The notes under the pieces are model-generated. The model did no database searches, had not been told where the DNA came from, and saw nothing but the letters and a program-made list of their open reading frames with translations. A stretch of 64,000 nt of DNA from an uncultured Chloroflexia bacterium (GTDB lineage Bacteria; Chloroflexota; Limnocylindria; Limnocylindrales; CSP1-4): contig CAWEYL010000001.1 in assembly GCA_963813335.1 (NCBI GenBank), positions 608,001 to 672,000 on the forward strand, written 5' to 3'. The translations under genes and the position numbers were made by a program. This document shows, one piece after another, positions 58,917 to 64,000 of this stretch (positions within the stretch are counted from its first letter, which is position 1; each line of letters begins with the position of its first letter).

Positions 58917-59999
58917 GTGACGGACCCCGCACCGACCGGGAGCACGGCGGGCGGCGTCCGCGTCGCCATCGACGCGATGGGCGGCGACCACGGTCCGTCC
59001 GAGGTCGTGCCCGGGGCCATGGCCTACGCCCGGTCCCACCCCGCCGACCGACTGATCCTCGTGGGCGACGAGGCGGTCGTCGCGGCCCTCGCGGGTCCCT
59101 TGCCCGCCAACGTCACGATCGTCCACGCGACGCAGGTCATCGGCATGGACGAGCACCCGGCCATGGCCCTTCGCGAGAAGCGCGATTCCTCGATCCTCGT
59201 CGCCACGGACCTGGTCAAGCGCGGTGACGCGGACGCGGTGGTGACCGCCGGTCACACCGGCGCCGGCATGGCCGCCGCGGTCCTCCGCCTCGGGCGCCTG
59301 CCCGGCGTCGACCGGCCGGCCCTCGCCGTCCAGATGATCACGGACTCCGGCCCGATGGTGCTCCTCGATATCGGCGCCAACCCGGATTCGACCGCGGAGA
59401 ACCTGGCCCAGTTCGCTCGCATGGGGGCGATCTTCGCCGAGCGCGTGATGGGCATCGCGAGGCCGCGCGTCGCGCTGCTCTCGATCGGCGAGGAGCGCGG
59501 CAAGGGCGACGCCCGGATCCAGCGTGCGACCGAGCTGCTGGACGCGTCGGACCTCCGCTTCGAGGGCAACGTCGAGGGGAAGGACCTGACCAAACACCAG
59601 GCCGATGTCGTGGTCTGCGACGCGGTCCTCGGCAACGTGGTCATCAAGTTCTTCGAGGGCCTGTCCGGGTTCATCTTCGACCTGTGGCGGACCGAGTTCA
59701 AGCGCGGCGTCCGCGGCCGGCTCGGCGCCGTCTTCATGAAGCCCGGGATCGACCGCATCCGCGGCGTCTTCGACTACGAGAAGGTGGGCGGCTCGATCCT
59801 GCTGGGGGTCCGCGGCACGGTGATCATCACCCATGGCCGGGCACGCAGCCGGATGATCGACTTCGCCTGCGATGTGGCGGCCACGACCGCGCGGACACGG
59901 GTCCCGGCGCTCATCGGCGAGGCCCTCGTCTCGCACGCCGCGGGCGCCGCCGCCGAGGCCGAGCGTGCCGCCGCGCCGGCCGAGGGCATCGCGTCGTGA
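58917..59999 (+). CDS. plsX: Phosphate acyltransferase PlsX
   Basis: IDAMGGDHGP, GVDRPAL, DIGAN, GNVEG, HG; GTG 58917. Confidence 0.95.
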   Translation: MTDPAPTGSTAGGVRVAIDAMGGDHGPSEVVPGAMAYARSHPADRLILVGDEAVVAALAGPLPANVTIVHATQVIGMDEHPAMALREKRDSSILVATDLVKRGDADAVVTAGHTGAGMAAAVLRLGRLPGVDRPALAVQMITDSGPMVLLDIGANPDSTAENLAQFARMGAIFAERVMGIARPRVALLSIGEERGKGDARIQRATELLDASDLRFEGNVEGKDLTKHQADVVVCDAVLGNVVIKFFEGLSGFIFDLWRTEFKRGVRGRLGAVFMKPGIDRIRGVFDYEKVGGSILLGVRGTVIITHGRARSRMIDFACDVAATTARTRVPALIGEALVSHAAGAAAEAERAAAPAEGIAS

Positions 60000-60310
60000 G
60001 CGGCCATGAGCTGACCGTCGGTCCGTCCGTCATCCGCGAGCTCGTCGGCCTGGCGGCCCTCGAGGTGCCCGGCGTGGCGCGCGTGGGCCGCGGCGGGGCG
60101 CCATGGCGGCGCTGGCTCGGCGGCCGCGCGGTCACCGTCCGCGTCCTCGAGGAAGGCGTGACGGTCCGCATCTGGATCGTGGCGCGGCCCGGCCAGGCGA
60201 TCGGGCCACTGGCCGCGCAGGTCCGGACCGCGGTCGCGGCCACGGTGGAGCGCCTGCTCGGGCTCGACCTCCGCGCCGTGACCGTGCTGGTGGACGGTGT
60301 CGGGGGCTGA
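59996..60310 (+). CDS. Asp23/Gls24 family protein (YqhY-like)
   Basis: AALEVPGV...VTVLVDGV; directly before nusB. Confidence 0.78.
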   Translation: MSGHELTVGPSVIRELVGLAALEVPGVARVGRGGAPWRRWLGGRAVTVRVLEEGVTVRIWIVARPGQAIGPLAAQVRTAVAATVERLLGLDLRAVTVLVDGVGG

Positions 60311-60734
60311 CCGGGTCCGAGGGCGGCGCACCGGGCGCCGCCTGGCACTCTCCGCGGTCTTCGAGGCAGACTTCGGGCAGCACACCGCCGAGGCCGTCCT
60401 GGAGCGCCATCTCGCCGAGTCGGAGCGGGATCCCGCCGCCGCGGAACTGGCCCGCGAGCTGGTCGGCGCGGTGACCGCCTACCGCGATTCGATCGACGCG
60501 GAGATCACCCGGCGGGCGCCGCAGTACCCCGTCACGGGGCTGGCGCGGATGGACCGCGCCCTCCTCCGTACGGCCATATCCGAGGTGCTACACTCCGGCA
60601 CGCCGGCCCGGGTGGCCATCGCCGAGTGGGTCGAGTTGGCACGCATCTACAGTGGCGACCCGATGCGCCGCCTCATGAACGGGGTGCTCGGGAAGATCGA
60701 AGCGGAGTCCAACGGCACCCGGCCGTCGGCCTAA
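60297..60734 (+). CDS. nusB: Transcription antitermination factor NusB
   Basis: [30 protein letters not shown]. Confidence 0.92.
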   Translation: MSGADRVRGRRTGRRLALSAVFEADFGQHTAEAVLERHLAESERDPAAAELARELVGAVTAYRDSIDAEITRRAPQYPVTGLARMDRALLRTAISEVLHSGTPARVAIAEWVELARIYSGDPMRRLMNGVLGKIEAESNGTRPSA

Positions 60735-60756
60735 CCCAACTCCGAGGAGGGAGTCA

Positions 60757-60993
60757 GTGGCAACCACCTACGAGCGCCTCAAGAAGATCGTCGTGGAGCA
60801 GCTCGGCGCCGACGAGGATGAGGTCAAGCCCGAGGCCTCGTTCGTCGACGACCTGAACGCCGACTCCCTCGACCTGGTCGAACTGATCATGAGTCTCGAG
60901 GAAGAGTTCGGGACCGAGATCTCCGACGAGGACGCCGAGAAGATCCGGACCGTGCAGGACGCCGTCGACTACATCGACGAGCGGTCGTCCTAA
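60757..60993 (+). CDS. acpP: Acyl carrier protein
   Basis: [23 protein letters not shown]. Confidence 0.97.
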   Translation: MATTYERLKKIVVEQLGADEDEVKPEASFVDDLNADSLDLVELIMSLEEEFGTEISDEDAEKIRTVQDAVDYIDERSS

Positions 60994-61015
60994 GACCCCC
61001 GGGCGGCGGGCCATC

Positions 61016-61732
61016 GTGCGCCCCGCCAGGGCCTTCGCGACCCGTCTCGGCGTCCCGATCCGCGACCAGGGCCTGCTCGAGCAGGCCCTCATCCATGCCA
61101 GCTGGCTGCACGAGCATCCCGATGAGGCCGCCGGCCAGAACGAGCGGCTGGAGTTCCTCGGCGACGCCGTCGTCAGCCTGATCGTCTCCGAGGCGCTCTA
61201 CGCGCGCCATCCCGAGGACGACGAGGGCGACCTGTCCGCGCGCCGGGCGGCCATCGTCTCGACGACCGGCCTGGCCCGGCTGGCCAACCGGATCGATCTC
61301 GGCTCGGTGCTGATGCTCGGCGAGGGCGAATCGCGCCGCAGTGGCCGCCGCCGGCCGACCCTCCTGGCATCCTCCTTCGAGGCGCTCGCGGGCGCGATCT
61401 ACCTGGACCAGGGGTTCGACGTCGCCCGGGACTGGCTGACCGAGCTCGCGGCGCCCGAGCTGACCCAGGACGGCCCCATCGTGGCGCTCAAGAGCCCCAA
61501 GAGCCGTCTCCAGGAGTACACCCAGCGGCACTCGGGCGGTCGCCCGTCGTACCGGCTGGTCGACGTGACGGGCCCCGACCACGAGAAGACGTTCCGCGTC
61601 GAGGTCCACGTCGACGGCCAGGCGCTGGGCGTCGGCGAGGGGCCGTCGCGCCGCGTCGCCGAGACCGCCGCGGCCGCCGAGGCCATCGAGCACCTCCGCT
61701 CCCACCTGCGGCCCGAAGCGGTCGGCGAATGA
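61016..61732 (+). CDS. rnc: Ribonuclease III
   Basis: NERLEFLGDAV, FEALAGAIYLD, KSRLQE, GPDH. Confidence 0.96.
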   Translation: MRPARAFATRLGVPIRDQGLLEQALIHASWLHEHPDEAAGQNERLEFLGDAVVSLIVSEALYARHPEDDEGDLSARRAAIVSTTGLARLANRIDLGSVLMLGEGESRRSGRRRPTLLASSFEALAGAIYLDQGFDVARDWLTELAAPELTQDGPIVALKSPKSRLQEYTQRHSGGRPSYRLVDVTGPDHEKTFRVEVHVDGQALGVGEGPSRRVAETAAAAEAIEHLRSHLRPEAVGE

Positions 61733-64000
61733 CCGCGCCGGGCGGGCCGGGTCGCCTCCTCGCCCCGTCGCGCCTGCTCGCGCTGCGCCTGCAGGGCTTC
61801 AAGTCGTTCGCCGAGCGGACCAGCGTCGAGTTCGGCGGCGGCATCAGTGCGATCGTCGGGCCGAACGGCTCCGGCAAGAGCAACCTGGCCGATGCGCTCC
61901 GCTGGGCGCTGGGCGAGCAGGGCCGGGCGCTCCGGTCGCGCAAGGCCGAGGACGTGATCTGGGCGGGTTCCGACAAGCGCGCCGCGCAGGGGATGGCCGA
62001 CGTCACGCTGGTCATCGACAACGCCGACGGCCTGCTCCCGGTCGACTTCCAGGTCCTCGAGCTCGGCCGGCGGCTGTACCGCTCGGGCGAGAACGACTAC
62101 CTGCTCAACAAGCAGCGCATCCGGCTGCGCGACCTCGTCGAGCTGCTCGACGCCGCGCACCTCGCCGACAACGCGTTCCTGTTCATCGGCCAGGGCATGG
62201 TCGACCAGGCGCTGGCGCTGCGCCCCGAGGAGCGCCGCCCGCTCTTCGAGGAGGTCGCCGGGGTCCGGCGCCACGAGCGCCGGCGTCGGCGCGCACAGGA
62301 GCAGCTGGTCGAGTCCGAGGCCAACCTGGCCCGTGTCGAGGACATCGTCGCCGAGCTCCGGCCGCAGGCGCGCCGGCTCGCGGCCCAGGCCGAGCAGCAG
62401 ACCAGCCGGCAGACCACGGCCGACGAGCTGGCGGCCGCGATCCTGCTTTCGGCGCATGCCCGTTGGTTCGAGGCGGCCGCGCGCGTCGGGGAGACCCAGG
62501 GTCGGCGGGCGGCCGCCGGCGCCGAGGCGGACCGCGCCATGGCGGACATGACGGCGGCGGAAGTGGCCGCCTCGGGCGTGGCCGCGGAGCTCGGCGTGCG
62601 CGCGCTCGCGGAGCGCGACCGGCGGGAAGCCCATGACGCGGCGCGGGCGACGCTGACGGCCGCCCAGCTCGGCGAGGGACGCGTCGCCTCGGAGATCGCG
62701 GCCATCGAGCGGGACCGCACCCGCATCGCCGCGGACCGATCGGCGGCGGAGGCGGAGCTGGCGGCTGGACGACGGTCGGGAGCCGTGCCCGTGCCGCCGC
62801 GCGACATCGATCTCGAGGCCGCGTTGACCGAGGCCGAGCGGGAGACGGCCGCCGCGCTCGCGGAGCTCGGGGCCCTGCGTGCCGAGCGCCAGGCCCAGGG
62901 CGAGGAGCTCGCCGCGCTCCGTCGAGCCGAGGCGGCCCGACAGGCCGAGCTCGAGACCGCGCGACGCCGCGCCGACGAGGCCGCCCGACAGGCGGCCGGG
63001 GAAGGGGAGCGGGCCACCGCCGCTGCCGCGAGGCGGGACGTCACCGCGGCCCTGGCGACCGCCGCGCACGAGCGCCGAGCCGCGGCGATCGAGGCCGAGC
63101 GGACCGCGACCGCGGCCCTGGAGACGGCACGTGCGACCCTCGACGCGGCGGAGGCGGAACGGTCCGCCGCCGAGGCGCGGGCCGTCGCGGCCGAGGCGGA
63201 CCTGGCGGCCGTGCAGGCCCGCGCCCGCTCGCTCGAGACGCGGCTGGCCGAGGAGGAGGGCCGCGGGATCGCGAAGGCGGCGCGACGACATGGCGGACGT
63301 CGCGTCGATGAGGAGCTGGTCATCGACCCGGGCCTGCGGTCCGCGGTCGAGGCGGCGCTCGGCGAGGCGACCCGGGCGTACCTGGTCAAGGGCAGTGCGG
63401 TCGCGGACCTTGCCCGCGAGCGCGGCGCGCTGATCGTCGAGGAGCGCGCGTCGGCCACGGCCCCGCCCGCCGACGCACGGGAGCGGCGGTTCCTCGACGC
63501 GGTGAGCGCCGCGGGCGGCGGGCTGCTGGCCGATGCGGTCCAGCGCGACGGGAATGGCGCTGCACGCCGGCTGCTGGCGCGGGCGGCCTGGGTCCCGGAC
63601 CTCGCGGCATGCCTCTCGGTGCAGGCGGTGCTGCCGGGCGGCTGGATCGTCGTCCCGCGCGACGGCTCGGCCGTGGTCGGTGAGCTTGCTGTCGCGCTCG
63701 GCGCCGGCGAGTCGGTGCTACAGCGCCGGGCGGAGGCGACCGCACTGGCCGCGGACGTCGAACGGCTGGCGGCGGCGGCGACGACGGCGAGGACGGCCGC
63801 CGCGACCGCTTCGGCCGGTGCCGCGAGCCGCGCGGACCGCGCTGGAGGCGGCCCGGACGGCCGAGTCCCGCGCGGCGACGGATCGCCGGTCCGCCGACGA
63901 CGCGGAGCGCGTCGCTGCACGAGACGCTGAGGCCGCGGTCCGCGAGGCCGCCTGGGCCGAGGCGCAGGCCGAGCGCCTGCGCGCCGACCATGCCCGTGCC
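61729..64000 (+). CDS. smc: Chromosome segregation protein SMC (3' partial; +1 frameshift near 63835)
   Basis: LQGFKSFA, GPNGSGKSN, FEEVAG, long coiled coil, hinge-like AVEAALG; follows rnc. Confidence 0.9.

Overview
GC-rich (roughly 70-75% by eye) bacterial chromosomal segment, almost all core genes on the + strand. Gene content and order suggest a monoderm Chloroflexota organism, probably Limnocylindria/Ellin6529-like (inference, not verified). In order: UvrD-like helicase, a phosphodiesterase/5'-nucleotidase fusion, uvrC, secD-secF-recJ-(TolB-like)-pyrF, tatA-tatC-rapZ-yvcK-whiA-tpiA-gpmI-secG-(peptide SBP), eight tRNAs with lemA/htpX and two small accessory inserts, an orphan CpaE-like ATPase, rpsF-ssb-rpsR, TSUP/DUF1634/CaCA, ilvE, LCP, ileS-lspA-rluD-gmk-priA, def-fmt-rlmN-rpe-dtd, rpmB, asp23-DAK2-recG-rsmD-coaD, sepIVA-like-yceD-rpmF-plsX-asp23-nusB-acpP-rnc-smc (partial). 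No integrase, transposase, CRISPR array or rRNA is visible. Several genes carry single-base frameshifts that look like assembly errors. Most notable: an identical AAGC-N7-(G/C)AGC-N9-[-10]-N7-GTG promoter layout before two unlinked DNA-repair genes (candidate new DNA-damage regulon motif), many apparently leaderless promoters, a type-2 IleRS with the swapped GVHH motif, a decayed tRNA-Gly att copy flanking a lipoprotein gene, an apparent ATC start codon, a Pho-box-like site before a 61-aa ORF, and an Rpe with an extra C-terminal domain.
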